DNA of 64,000 nt from the NCBI GenBank assembly GCA_964016885.1, contig OZ024741.1, forward strand, positions 130,634,001 to 130,698,000. The letters run 5' to 3'. A model generated the notes under the pieces. The model saw nothing but the letters and a program-made list of their open reading frames with translations. It did no database searches and was not told the DNA's origin. Position 1 is the stretch's first letter. Each line of letters opens with the position of its first letter. This document shows positions 39,087 to 53,639 of this stretch, in pieces. This DNA is from Eledone cirrhosa. Its lineage: Eukaryota. The position numbers and the translations under genes were made by a program.

Positions 39087-39447
39087 ATTCTGAGTTCAAA
39101 TCCAGCCGAGGTTAAGTTTGCCTTTCATCCTTACGGGGTCGATAAAATAAAGTACCAGTAATGTACTGGGTAATCGCTGGCCTTGTGCCAAAAGTAGAAA
39201 CAATTATTACTACTACAAATACGACAACAGCAACAACAACTACTGTTACTACTAAAACTACTATTAATACTAATAATTGTTTCTACGTTTGGCATAAGGC
39301 CAGCAATTACCCAGTACATTACTGGTACTTTATTTTATCGACCCCGTAAGGATGAAAGGCAAAGTTAACCTCGGCGGGATTTGAACTCAGAATGGCAAGG
39401 GCCGTAACTCTATACGTCAAAGCATGGCGTCCGACCCTCTACCGATA
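39087..39447. mobile_element. Two SINE copies in tail-to-tail inverted orientation
   Basis: 39087-39207 (+) and 39272-39447 (-) are near-identical reverse complements. Confidence 0.85.
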
Positions 39448-39648
39448 TGATTTCATTTATTGGCCACAAGGGCCGATATATAGGGGACAATACAAAAGAC
39501 TGGGACAGTGGGGTTTTACAGAAAAATCGAGTAAACAATATGAATAACAATAACAAAGTAACAATAAAAATACAACAAGAAAAATTGCCCAATAGGGAGG
39601 ATGACCACCAGGGTTCGCTGAGGTACCCCACCAATCCTGAACGAACAC
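39448..39648 (-). mobile_element. Short 5'-truncated 3'UTR of a related Tx1 subfamily
   Basis: Reverse complement has CCCTGGTGGTCA, CCCTATTGGG.AATTTTTC, TGTATTGTCC and CCCTTGTGGCCAATAAATGAAATCA, in the same order as the Tx1 3'UTR. Confidence 0.72.
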
Positions 39649-39667
39649 TATTAGTACTAATAATAAG

Positions 39668-39820
39668 AATTGTTTCTACTTTAGGCAAAAGGCTAGCAAC
39701 TTCTTTTTTGGGGGTGGGGGGAGTTGATTAAATCGACCCCAGAGCATTACTGGTGCTTTATTTTATCAACCCCATAAGACTGGAAGTCAAAGTTAACCAC
39801 GGCGGGATTTGAACGCATAA
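39668..39820 (-). mobile_element. SINE, long-tail variant (related copies 53985-54112, 59275-59478)
   Basis: Shared core, extra GTCGATTTAATC segment, same terminal tail. Confidence 0.72.
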
Positions 39821-39868
39821 CGTCATACTGCGGCTACTAATACTATTTCCACCGCCACTACTGCCCAA

Positions 39869-39912
<44 letters not shown>

Positions 39913-40121
39913 ACCTTCTGTCTGGTCAAGAACCTATCAGTTATGTGTTTAACACAGAGCGGAATGTAACGTAATGACATAAACAGTTGCTGTCATATAT
40001 ATATATATATGTGCTCTGTGCATTGTGCACCAAATGCATTACATCTGAGGCAGCATAAACAATTGCTATAACATAAGTAGTGGGAAGTAGTTTACTTTAA
40101 AATTATTATGTTATTATTCAC

Positions 40122-40192
<71 letters not shown>

Positions 40193-40354
40193 TACGCACA
40201 CACATATATATATATAAACATATATATATACATACATACACATATATATATGTGTTTATATGTGTTTATGTGTGTATGCGTATGTGTATGTAACTATGCA
40301 TATTATATGCACACACACACACACATATATATATATACATATATATATGTATGC

Positions 40355-40398
<44 letters not shown>

Positions 40399-40408
40399 AT
40401 ATGTATGC

Positions 40409-40447
<39 letters not shown>

Positions 40448-41087
40448 TAGTGTAGCAATCGGATGTGCAGAAACATTGGGAATTCAAATTTGGTGTTAAT
40501 TGAGCATGTATTGCACTGACTTGCATACGTTATGTCATGTCACAGCGAATGCAAGGTTTGCCATATAGTATTACAAGATATTTCCCTATATACACATTCA
40601 TACATACACACATGCACACATACATACATATATACATACATATATACATACACATACATGTATACATACATATATACACGCATACATACATACATATATA
40701 CATATATATATACATACATATATACATACATGCATTCATACATACATATATCCATACGTACATAAATACATTCATTTATATATACATACATGCATATATA
40801 CAAAAATTATACAAACATTATACAGACATATATACAAATATTATACAAATATTATGCAAACATAATTACATATATGCACGCATACATATATATATAGACA
40901 TACATACATATATACATACATACATTCATATATATATATATATATATATACATATATACATGCATACGTACATACAAATATTATAGAAACATACATACAT
41001 ACAAATATTATACAAAAATTATATACATACATATATATATAAACATACATATGCACATATATACAGACAAACATAAATGCATGCATG

Positions 41088-41159
<72 letters not shown>

Positions 41160-42537
41160 TACATAAAGATAAACATACATACGTATATATACATACATAC
41201 ATGGTGGCTGCCAACTCGTTTTCGAGTACGGCCACTACTTTATATCCATGTAGGAGAACCCCTACCGATGCGCTGAACGAGTGTGGCTTTTTAGTCCAGC
41301 CAGCCACTTGAAAACTCTGGTACAAACACTACACTTGTGACAATTATTGACACATAGTGCTGGGCCCATGGTACCATGTGACGACAAGTGCAGAGAGATC
41401 TCCAGATATAAAGCAATGCCTGTGCCGTGAAGCTTTTATAGTTAGCAGAGGTACTGCACAAAGCCAGTCCCACTCTCTTAACCAAGATGATATTTACCAA
41501 AAAGAAGAACAAGTCAACATCATTGGAAACCATCAGGGTTGCAGGTGTTATATCAGAGTTTTTCCTTCTGCTAGAATTCTGCCTTGACAAAGGCTAAGGG
41601 GTCATCTCTCCCGGTGATTTTGGATGGCCATTGACTCTTAAGAGCTCCTTTGCCCTTTGACAGGTTTTGTTTTTAGTCCTGCAGGATGTCCAAAGTCACC
41701 CTCCTCACCAAGAAACGTTGGTGGGGTTGCCAGTTTAGTCGCCAACGACCTGACCATACATACATACATACATACATACATACATACATACATACATACA
41801 TACATACATACATACATCAGCTCCCTAATTCATTATCTACAAATGGCTGCGATAGCCGGCACCTTCAAAATTTGCAAAACATTCTTGCGATTCAAGGGAT
41901 GACAATTTTTTTTCTTTTACAACCTTGCCATCAGGAAGGTGGCCGGTCAAAAAAATATACTCGAAATTAAGAGAAAGAGATAACATACATACAAACTTGC
42001 ATACTTATATACATATATACATATACACATACATATACAGGTACGTATATATGTGCGTATATATAGTCGTGTGTGTATGTGCAAGGATACATATAAGCTT
42101 CACACTGGTAAGATATCACTCGGAAGATGTTTTTCTTGGATTGAGAAATCGTCTGGGGAGCTGTGATCCCACAGCGAAGAAAAGCGTAAATTGTTGGAAT
42201 ATCCAAGCAGCAGCTTGCACAGCAAAACTGCAGTCAGGACATTGAAGTAAGTTAGGTCAGTTTTTATCTTGTTTTCTTTTCCCGCTTATGATTTATAACG
42301 CTCTGACTAATTGATCATTTATTTATTTATATATTTAATTGATTCATTCATCGGGCAAAACTGGCAAATGATGACCCCTTATATGTATGTCTATATATGT
42401 ATATATAAACAATGAGTTATTTCGTTTGTTGATTATTCAACAAAGTTAATTTATAACAGATTAGAAGCATTCAACGAATTTTCCGGAGTATCATTAATAT
42501 CAATAATATTATTGATATATTTATATATATATATATA

Positions 42538-43159
42538 TAAGTATGTATACGTACATACATACATATATACAGACGTACAGTAGTATGTATATATATACAT
42601 ACATGCACACATATATATATGTACGTATGGATTCACCGAACATTTATTATAATGCTCGGTGTGTTTGTAAACAAACATCTCGTATTAAGCCGTAGTGTCT
42701 AGCAACCATCATTGCTCATTTGTTCAACACTGACAAAGGAACGCTGTACTAGTTTCAAGCTTATTAGCTATCGTCAGCAACATATACCTTCCTGCCAGAT
42801 GGTTGAACGTCTTAAAGTATATACTTTCCTTATGCATATTAACGGCTGAGCAGCCTAATTTGCATATCGAGTGAGTTAATCGGCCGGGGTACCGAAAACG
42901 ATAAACGGAAAAAATGAAACGAAATTTCATTTCTCGCTCTTAGTACGGCTGTTACTTAAATATAAGTATGTATACGTACATACATGTACACAGACGTACA
43001 GTAGTATATATCTATATATATACATACATGCACACATATATGTACGTATGGATTCAGCGAACATTTATTATAATGCTCGGTGTGTTTGTAAACAAACATC
43101 ACGAATTAAGCCGAACAGTGTCTAGCAACCATCGTTCAACCATCTGGCAGGAAGGTATA
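42538..43159 (-). mobile_element. Non-coding hammerhead-bearing element, ~1.4 tandem units of ~425 bp (PLE-pLTR/retrozyme-like)
   Basis: Direct repeat 42538/42963; hammerhead 42741-42783 (TGTTG-CTGACGA..GAAACTAGTA-CAGCG); terminal inversion 43133-43159. Confidence 0.65.
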
Positions 43160-43160
43160 C

Positions 43161-44379
43161 AGTGATCTTCCCACCATCATTGGTATCTCATCGCTTTAAA
43201 GACCATATACCTCCGGTTGGTGCGAGCAACAGCTAAAGAAAGTCGTTGGGACATGTAAATAAAGGGAACGAGCGAGAGTGTAAACAAACAAAGATGGTAA
43301 AGCAACAAAAAGTGAGGAAGAAAGAGTCAAGTCCCAGATTTCCATGAATATAAGTTCGGTGAAATCGTGAACGAGAGAGAATAAAGACCATCAAACCTAG
43401 TCGAAATGTGAGCAAGGAAGGAATTCTGCACAGGTCAAACGGGAGCAAGAAGGAGTCCAGTCCGTGAATTCGGTGAACATAAGTTCTGTGAAATCGTAGA
43501 TGAGAGAGAGAAAAGGGGAACCAGCCTGGTCAAGCGTGCGCGAGAAAAGAATTACGCACAGGTCAAACGGGAGGAAGTAGGAGAGGTAGTATCAGAGAGT
43601 GAGTGATTGAAGGGTGAGGAAGAGGCTAACAGAGAGAGTGACTGTTAGAGAGGGTAAAGATACAGAGAAAGAGGAAGCAGTAAGAACGAAATAGACGGGT
43701 CACAGCGGGGGAAAATATATGTGTGAATATGAGAACAAACGTGCTGCGTTGTTGCAAATGGGTTACATATGAATAAAGTTAGTCCTTCATAAGTGATCTT
43801 CCAACCATCATTGGTATTTCATCGCTTTAAAGACCATATACCTCCGGTTGGTGCGAGCAACAGCTAAAGAAAGTCGTTGGGACATGTAAATAAAGGGAAC
43901 GAGCGAGAGTGTAAACAAACAAAGATGGTAAAGCAACGAAAAGTGAGGAAGAAAGAGTCAAGTCCCAGATTTCCATGAATATAAGTTCGGTGAAATCGTG
44001 AACGAGAGAGAATAAAGACCATCAAACCTAGTCGAAATGTGAGCAAGGAAGGAATTCCGCACAGGTCAAACGGGAGGAAGAAAGAGTCCAGCCGTGAATT
44101 CGGTGAACAGAAGTTCTGTGAAATCGTAGACGAGAGAGAGAAAAGGGGAACCAGCCTGGTCAAGCGTGCGCGAGAAAAGAATTACGCACAGGTCAAACGG
44201 GAGGAAGTAGGAGAGGTAGTAGCAGAGAGTGAGTGAGTGAAGGGTGAGGAAGAGGCTAACAGAGAGAGTGACTGTTAGAGAGGGTAAAGATACAGAGAAA
44301 GAGGAAGCAGTAAGAACGAAATAGACGGGTCACAGCGGGGGTAAATATATGTGTGAATATGAGAACAAACGTGCTGCGT
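43161..44379 (+). repeat. 631-bp tandem duplication resembling LTR end + PBS + leader of an LTR retrotransposon
   Basis: 43161-43749 repeated at 43792-44379; AATAAA...CCATCA-T-TGGTAT at 43772-43817. Confidence 0.55.
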
Positions 44380-44481
44380 GGTTAAGTGGTAAGGGAGCAG
44401 AGAGAGAGGGTGAGAAAAGCGATAGATGGTAAGAAAAAGAGAAAGAGAGAGAAAGGAGGAAGGAAATATATATACATGCAT

Positions 44482-44562
<81 letters not shown>

Positions 44563-44839
44563 TGTGTGTGTGCGTTTAATTTTTAACAAATAAAATTCAA
44601 TTAAATTTAAAAATAAAAATAGAACCCATAAATGCCTAAATAAATAAATGAAACATTTGTCACCTAAAAGAGTGTGTGTGTGGGGGGGGGGGCGATGACA
44701 GAAGCTGCCTCCAACAACTGACAACGACGATGACAACAGTAGCAATAACATAACGAACAGAAACAACAACAGCAATAACAAAGGTATGTGCTGGTCATTG
44801 ACATCTAGACAATGAGGGGTCAATTTCACCATTATTTTA

Positions 44840-44961
44840 GGTCTGAGTTCAAATCCGGCCGAGGTTAACTTTGCCTTACATCCTTACGGGGGTCGATAAA
44901 ATAAAGTACCAGTAATATACTGAAAATTGCTGGCCTTGTGCCAAAAGTAGAAACAATTATT
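44840..44961 (+). mobile_element. SINE copy (B-box, core, tail)
   Basis: Matches other copies. Confidence 0.8.
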
Positions 44962-46162
44962 TTAGAGATTAGTAGGAAATGTCAGTTACGCATGACTTGA
45001 CTTTTACTGTCAGGTGTCAGTATATATTCACTTTGAGTTATTAGAAATGTGTGTTGGGTTGTGGAATGTTGTGTGTACAGTATATGTAGCGAAAGGGATG
45101 AGGGCTAAAGGTTTGTGGTGGTGAGAGATTTAGAAGTGTGTATGAGTGTGGTGGGTAGTGGCAAGATGCCGAAATCCTGATAAAAGTGCCATGCAATAAC
45201 TGGGTTCGTTATCACCCTATATCACCTCAGATTTCTACTACATTTTCCCATTACTAAGATAGAGATCAGTTCTATCATGAAACTTTTTATTTATGGATAA
45301 TTACTATAATGGTTATCGGATGTAAGTACTGTACTTCGGGAAGTGTTGAATAGAACTAGAACTGATATATTACTTAGGGTGATGGTGCGATTCGTAGCGG
45401 TGATTTTATATGTCGGCTACTTAAACCTGTTATTATTACCTGCATCTAGTCAAGAAAGGCCTAAGTTCAAAAACAAATGCTTCCGTTCATGTTTGCAGCC
45501 CATGGTAATTTCCGATTAAATCTGTTGTTCGTTTCAGCTGTCTATTCTCTGAGTTCAAATGCCGCCGAGATCAACTTTGCCTTCCATCCTTTCAAGGTCA
45601 ATAAAAAAAGTTCCAATCAAGTACTGGATCGATTCTTTCACTATATCTCTTTCTCACTTCCTTTCCCTCACTTTCTGGAAGAAATATGCTGTACTCAAAC
45701 CTGGAGAGGGACGGGTTCCGCCAGGGTAAAAATGCCCAAGAAAGGCCGTATGTTAATGCGGTGCCCCTACAACTCCAGTTGGAGTTACGGGACCATACCA
45801 TAACTTACCCATCTTCATGCAGAACGAAGTTTTAATCATAGATCATTTGATATTTTTGAATCGCTAGACCGTCTCTGCTAATACAATCAGGAATCGTGTT
45901 TGTATTTTGAAATGAACTAACAATGTTATAATATCTACGCTTAAATACTGTGGTGGTTGTTCCGATGTAGACGTAGTCACTGTCTTTCGTGGTTAAAGTG
46001 AATTTATGTACTATGTCGGATAAAACGCAGCATAACCACTTAAGATAACTAAAACAATATGATGATAGCTATGTAAATAAAAGTCGAATAAATCCGGCTA
46101 AGTATGAAAAAAGCAGACAGATACGCCTCAGAGGAACTGAAACACCACGCATCTCTTGAATG

Positions 46163-46239
<77 letters not shown>

Positions 46240-46386
46240 AGTCAAGGATCTTTGAGTAGCACCTGTTTCTCGAAACGTCGAAGCCAACAAGAGGGCCGTG
46301 ACGATGGAGCTGCGAGGAATCCCGGGAGATTCCTTCCAGGAATGCGTGGAGCTGTGGCGGAGAAGGATTGGAAAGTGTGTAGGACT

Positions 46387-47400
46387 CTTCTTCTTCTTCT
46401 TCTTCTTCTTCTTCTTCTTCTTCTTCTTCTTCTTCTTCTTCTTCTTCTTCTTCTTCTTCTTCTTCCATCTATTCGTGAGAAGGTCATGGGAGCAGAGTCC
46501 TCAAACACGTTTTCTAGGGGGTTCTGTCAGAAGGAACCATATCCAAATGAGCCAACTGGATCCCAAGCGTGACCAGCCAAACTCATGGATGTTATCCATT
46601 TATCTTGCTCGGGGTCTACCCCCGAGTTTCCTGCCGGTTAGTTTTGCCCATAAAATCTGTCCAGTGATTCTTCCCTGAGACATTCTAACCACATGCCCAT
46701 AGTATCGGAGCTGTGATCTCTCAATTCGGAGAAGTAGTAGGTGTTCTATCTGGAGTGACTCTCTGATTTACGAGCTACACACTCTACCAAGTAACGTTAC
46801 TCCAAAGACCCTTCAGAGGAACTCCATTTCTGCCGGTTGTATTCGCGATCGTATTCTTTCAGTCATCACCCAAGATTAATACCATAGGTAAGGATTGGTA
46901 CGAAAACCGAATTGAAATCAGCAAGTTCGACTTTTACGCCTACCTCCCTTTTTCTGATTACTGAATGATGAAACTGGCGCATTACTGCACCAGCTCCAGC
47001 AATTCTTGCACTTAATTCAGCCTCTTACGTTCCATCACTCGAGATACTTGAACCTCTCTACCAGCTTCAGTGGAAATTCATTTACATGTAAAGTACACTG
47101 CGCAGGCTTTCTTAAGAGGACTAGCATCTCAGTCTCACAGCATTGGTTTTCATTCCGGCTATGCGACACTCGGCATCAAACCTATCGCGTGCATGTTGGA
47201 GATCCTCTTCTGTCGAGTTAAGTAACATCATGTCATCTGCAAATTCAAGCCGACTGATTTTATAGTGATCAGTTATGATACGACTTTCCAACGCGGCTGC
47301 GCATGTCAACCCTGTTCGTGTAAATAATGAACAGGAGAGGTGACAGTACGCACCCTGTCCGGAGTCCAACTACCAAATTAAATGGTTTATATTTAGTACG
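46387..47400 (-). mobile_element. RTE-type LINE 3' portion with (GAA)n tail
   Basis: GLRTGCVLSPLLF, LEFADDM, RT C-terminal region; (TTC)n 46387-46464 at its 3' end. Confidence 0.72.
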
Positions 47401-47559
47401 ATTTATCCGAACAAAAATACACTTAACACTTCGAAGGAGAAAACTTGTAGTTTGTAGTTTAGATTTGAAATATTTTTCCTGCGAATCCCGTTCTGTTTCT
47501 TTTCTAACACACCTCATATTATGCATACTTATATATAAAAATACTCGGACTCAAACACA

Positions 47560-47631
<72 letters not shown>

Positions 47632-47677
47632 TGTTTGTGTTTGAGGCCGTGTAAATATATATATATATTGTTTTACT

Positions 47678-48065
47678 TGGGGAGGGTTTGGAAAAAAGCG
47701 AGAAGTGACAGGGTCAGAAGAGAGGATACGGAAGGAACGGAAGATATGTCGCCGGAATGGTAGAGTCATGGGGTGGTAGGTGAGAGGGAAAGGAACACGG
47801 GTGTTTGGAGGGTGGGGCTGAGGTGAGAGGGATGTGGTGCGGTCTGTTTCACAGGCGCGGGTGAGAGCAGCTTGGATCAGGGTGGGGGGGTGGGGGGGAT
47901 ATCCACGCTGGATGAAACAGGAAACCATGCGAAGGGAATGGGTTTCGAAATCGTCGCCCTGGCTACAGAGTCGACGAAAACGGAGGAATTGGGAATATGG
48001 TATTGAATGTTTGGTGTGGGTTGGATGGGAGGAGGTGAAGTCAAGAAAAGATTGGGAGTCTGTTG
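47678..48065 (-). mobile_element. Penelope-like element RT thumb/linker fragment
   Basis: DSQSFLDFTSSHPTHTKHSIPYSQFLRFRRLCS...F.QRGYP...PLTYHP, the characteristic PLE post-RT motif; TA-rich flanks. Confidence 0.85.
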
Positions 48066-48491
48066 ATATATATATGTGACAGTCTGTTTCTCTTTCCCTC
48101 GCTCAGTGCATGTGTGTACGTGTGTGTGTGAAATTGCTACAGTGGATTTTTTCTTTATGCAACTTTTTTTTATATTTATATTTCAAATTTATAAAAGGCT
48201 AGTGAAACATGACCCTCCCACAGTATAATAAAAAGATAACACTATGAAAACCAGAAAAACATTTTCTGTTATATAATTTAATATACAAGGAAAACAACTG
48301 CGACGCACATGATTTTAGAGTTGTCTCCCATGAAAGACACGCCTTGTATCATTTAGTGACTTAATGCGTCATAAAATGTTTACACGCCTAGATACACGTA
48401 CACACATGCACGTACACACGTACACACAACCGTACATTTAATTATTTACATACCCCCTCTCTCTGTCTGTCCGTCTCTCTGTGTGTCTGTC

Positions 48492-49053
<562 letters not shown>

Positions 49054-49178
49054 ATATATATATATATATATATAAATATACCTATATACATATGTAGTTG
49101 ACAGATGAAAGAAAAAAGTACTCAATACCGAAGTAGAGTTTAAATATTCATATTAGCCATAACAAATAAATATATATC

Positions 49179-49278
<100 letters not shown>

Positions 49279-49460
49279 AGAGCAAACATCACGGACGCTC
49301 TATCTCAAATTATTTTTGAAAAGCATTAGAAATGCGCAACCGGTAAAACTTAAAACCAAAACTGAATACTAACCAATACTATTACTAATTCTCACTTATT
49401 CCTAATTAAACTATTTTTCACTGTGAACAATTCGTCAGCATTTTCTATTCCGTTTACCAA

Positions 49461-49499
<39 letters not shown>

Positions 49500-49500
<1 letters not shown>

Positions 49501-49944
49501 TTTTGAGTTTATGTTGGTTGTATAACAACACCTCAGTATGCAGGCTGGAGCACTCGACGAAGTGCGCAGATTGGTTTGGTTACTCCGGAGTAGTGTAAAA
49601 TAAAGTTAAATAAAAGTCAAATGATTAAAATTTAGCTTCGTTTATTACTGCTATATATATTTCAGTGACAGCCATCTTTGGCTGTGACCTCTTCAGGCAG
49701 TTTGAATTAGTATGGAACTGGAGTCATATGACTCCAGTTCCTCAGTGAAATAACAACCCAACAAGGAACTGGGCATATCAGAGTATTGACAATATTATAC
49801 ACCTCAACAACATATGTACTTGTCTATACCATACTAATTCAAACTGCCTGAAGAGGTCACAGCCAAAGATGGCTGTCACTGAAATATATATAGCAGTAAT
49901 AAACGAAGCTAAATTTTAATCATTTGACTTTTATTTAACTTTAT
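49500..49944. mobile_element. Fold-back PLE-like insertion: 116-bp arms with hammerheads (49647-49701 -, 49843-49897 +)
   Basis: ACTGC-CTGAAGA-stem II-GAAA-TATATA-TA-GCAGT; (TA)n flanks. Confidence 0.82.
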
Positions 49945-50185
49945 ATATATATATATATATATTCATTTAAATTATTGATGTATTGTTTTATTGATATTTT
50001 TTATGTTTGTCCCGAATCTTCTATTATCGATTTTTTATCGTATGGTTGATTGTAGACTTGTTCTATATGTGACGGTATTTTAACGATAGTTATAGCTCTG
50101 ATTCATCTGAATTATTGAGCCCTCTGCCGCTCTTTTCGAATTTTGTTTATCGTGAACTCGTGCGCCGATTTTTCGATACTCGATC

Positions 50186-50257
<72 letters not shown>

Positions 50258-50459
50258 GTAAGTATGTATGTATACGTACATACATACATGTATACAGGCG
50301 TATAGTAGTATGTATATATATACCTACATGCACACATATATATATGAACGTATGGGTTTACCGAACATTATTATAATGTTCGGTTTGTTTGTAAACAAAC
50401 AGACAGCCCGAATTACTCCGTACTAAGAGAGAAAAATGAAATTTCGTTTCATTATTTTC

Positions 50460-50520
<61 letters not shown>

Positions 50521-50523
<3 letters not shown>

Positions 50524-50930
50524 ATCAAAAGATGGTTAAAGGAGTTCCATGTATTTTATTATGCGCATTTCAAAAACAAACATCATCATGCAATAATATT
50601 TGTGTTTTCATCAGATAAAACAGGAGAACATGATATGAAGGCTAAAAAACACTTGTGGATAGTGCAGTTTTAAATCAACATATTGATTTAAAACTGCACT
50701 ATCCACAAGTGTTTTTTAGCCTTCATATCATGTTCTCCTGTTTTATCTGATGAAAACACAAATATTATTGCATGATGATGTTTGTTTTTGAAATGCGCAT
50801 AATAAAATACATGGAACTCCTTTAACCATCTTTTGATCTTATATTATGCATACTCCAGTCCTACAAACTGTAGAGTGCTTCTTATCCGATATCTGCATTG
50901 CTTTATTGTACTACAATAAAACTCACCTCC

Positions 50931-50932
<2 letters not shown>
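50521..50932. mobile_element. Fold-back PLE-like insertion: perfect 158-bp arms with hammerheads (50554-50620 -, 50741-50807 +)
   Basis: TTTTAT-CTGATGA-stem II-GAAA-TGCGCA-TA-ATAAAA; 4-nt loop; (TA)n flanks. Confidence 0.82.
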
Positions 50933-50990
<58 letters not shown>

Positions 50991-50997
<7 letters not shown>

Positions 50998-51797
50998 ATA
51001 CTTTGTGATGGTCATGTTGCCAATAAGAAACACACGCACCAGTTGCTTTCACTTCAATTTATTATAATAAATTTATAATAAATTTATAAATTTATAAATT
51101 TCTGGTTGGTTGGTTGGTTCCACAACCAGATAGTTGTTTATATATAGTCATAGTTCTTTCGTCACACACTCTGTGACCTCTTCAGTGACTGGGGATTCCT
51201 TTCTTTGTTTCTGTGCCTCTCCTTTGTTCTGTCCTACGCCATTTTGTTTCTGTGTGTGTGTTGTGTGCTCAGTCTGCGCATGCGCCACATCCGGGTGTCT
51301 GTGTGTGTGTTTATGTTCATTTATTTATTTGTTTATTTACATGTTACTGGTTGGTTGTTTGTTCTATGTGTGTGTGTGTTTTCATTTTGTCCTTAATTGT
51401 AAGTTGTGATGTTGCTGTTCCACTCATATTTTCTATTTAATTTTGGTTGTAATTCTTTTATGTTTATTGCCTCTGTAATCTGTAATGTGGCGCATACGCA
51501 GACTGAGCACACAACTGAGCACACAACACACACACAGAAACAAAATGGCGTAGGACAGAACAAAGGAGAGGCACAGAAACAAAGAAAGGAATCCTCAGTC
51601 ACTGAAGAGGTCACAGAGTGTGTGACGAAAGAACTATGACTATATATAAACAACTATCTGGTTGTGGAACCAACCAACCAACCAGAAATTTATAAATTTA
51701 TAAATTTATTATAAATTTATTATAATAAATTGAAGTGAAAGCAACTGGTGCGTGTGTTTCTTATTGGCAACATGACCCTCCCAAAGTATAACAATAT
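50991..51797 (-). mobile_element. Penelope-like 3' end (GIY-YIG C-terminus) with inverted ~300-bp pLTR copy and hammerheads (51146-51190 -, 51597-51641 +)
   Basis: Spacer encodes LQITEAINIKELQPKLNRKYEW; AGTCA-CTGAAGA..GAAAGAAC-TA-TGACT. Confidence 0.82.
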
Positions 51798-51883
51798 CGG
51801 TTTCAACACACGATTTCAGATAAAGAATCTTGCTAAACAAATTCAGAAACGATATATATATATATATATATATATATAAGAAA

Positions 51884-51976
<93 letters not shown>

Positions 51977-52019
51977 CTTCGTTTTTGAATTTGTTTCGCA
52001 AGATTGTTGGAACAGATAT

Positions 52020-52750
52020 TTTTATACTTTGGGAGGGTCATGCTGCCAATAAAAACACACGCAGCTGTTGATTTTCACTTCAATCTATTATAAATTTCCA
52101 GTTGGTTGGCTGCTTAGTTCCATAACCGAATGGGTGTTTATATATTGTCAAAGCATTTTCGTCACACATTCTGTGACCTCCGCAGTGACTAGGTTTTTAT
52201 TATGACTCTCCTTTGTTCTGTCCTACACCATCTTGTTTTTCTGTGTTGTGTGTGGTGTGCTTAGTTTGCTCATGCGTTACATCCGGGTGTGTGTCTGTGT
52301 TTTTATTTATTTATTTATGTGTTTAATTACTTGTCACTAGTTGGTTGTTTGTTTTATCTATGTTTGTCTGATTTGTTTTGTTACTTAGGTTTCTTTGTGT
52401 CTCTGTATGTCTTCATTTTGTTCTTAATTACTAGTTGTGATGTTGTTGCTATTCCACTCGTGTTTTCCGTTTAATTTTGGTAGGATTTCGTTTATGTTTG
52501 TCGCCTCTGTGATTTGTCTGAGCATTACATCTTTTCTGTGTGTGGGTATAATTTCTTTTATCTCTATGTTCTCTGTGTCCCTATGTTCTATTTTGTCATG
52601 TTGGTGGAGTACTGGTGAGTTTTTCCCATCCTGGAGTTCTCACCAGTGTTCACTTTTCCTTTCTCCTATGCTACGGGATTTGTCACCTATGTATGTTATA
52701 TTCTTATTCCTACAACTTGGGGGTCCAGCCGGTTCAAATGGAGACGGTTG
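52020..52750 (-). mobile_element. Older copy of the same Penelope-like family with GIY-YIG endonuclease remnant
   Basis: Minus frame CRNKNITYIGDKSRSIGERKSEH...LHQH...LRQITEATNINEILPKLN; mutated hammerhead 52147-52192. Confidence 0.8.
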
Positions 52751-53639
52751 ATTCTGACATGACCTGCATATACAAAAAGGTGACTTACCACTTTGATTGT
52801 GTTCGACGTAGTCATTTGGACTATGTACATCTGATATTTATTAATATTAATTGTGATATCAAGTAAGATAAATCAATCTAATATGGATAATCCACGGAAT
52901 TTTAAATATACAGGTTGATAGAAAAACAAGGGCCACATGCTGATATTCAATGAATCATTTATTAAATACTTACACATATTTCAATGTTTTACATAATGGG
53001 CCTAAGAAATCTACATTACTACGTAATCCATTATTCTACACTGCTCGAAAGTATTTAACGTATTTCTGCAAGGAAAGTCTCACTTATATAGAATATCTTA
53101 CATACATACCCACATACACGTCCACCTATACTCGTATGCATAAGATCATACATGCATATTCGTTTATAAACATACACATGCGTATGTTCATGTACAAACA
53201 ATTGCGTACAATTTGCGGTGGTGCGTTGTTTCCTCGTGCCAAATACTTTACTTCTCGTTGCTCCAGTCCACTCAGCTGGCAAATATTAATTGTACCGGTA
53301 ATTCAAGGGAGCCACTTTTGTTACATCATTTGTTTCACTGAATTATTCCCCTGAGAATATCGTTAAAATTACACGTGTCTCTGGGATGCTCAGCTACAAG
53401 CACGTTAATTTCCCTAATATGATGTTCCATTGCTCGAATCAACTTGAACTGACGTCGTCACAACCGACTGACTTCTAACACACGCATTACATAACATATA
53501 CACAGAGACAATAACATGTTCATAATGAGATGGTTCATAAAGCGATAGTAAAATTAAGGCTCAAACAATCTTAAATTTGAACCTGAGAGAGTTTTTAAAG
53601 TGTGTTAGGTTTCGTTAACATTATTTGGGGCTGTTATTG

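Noticed and set aside
45688-45800. Twister-like ribozyme in an RTE-like leader fragment
   Set aside because: Only a vague resemblance; pairing elements could not be assigned
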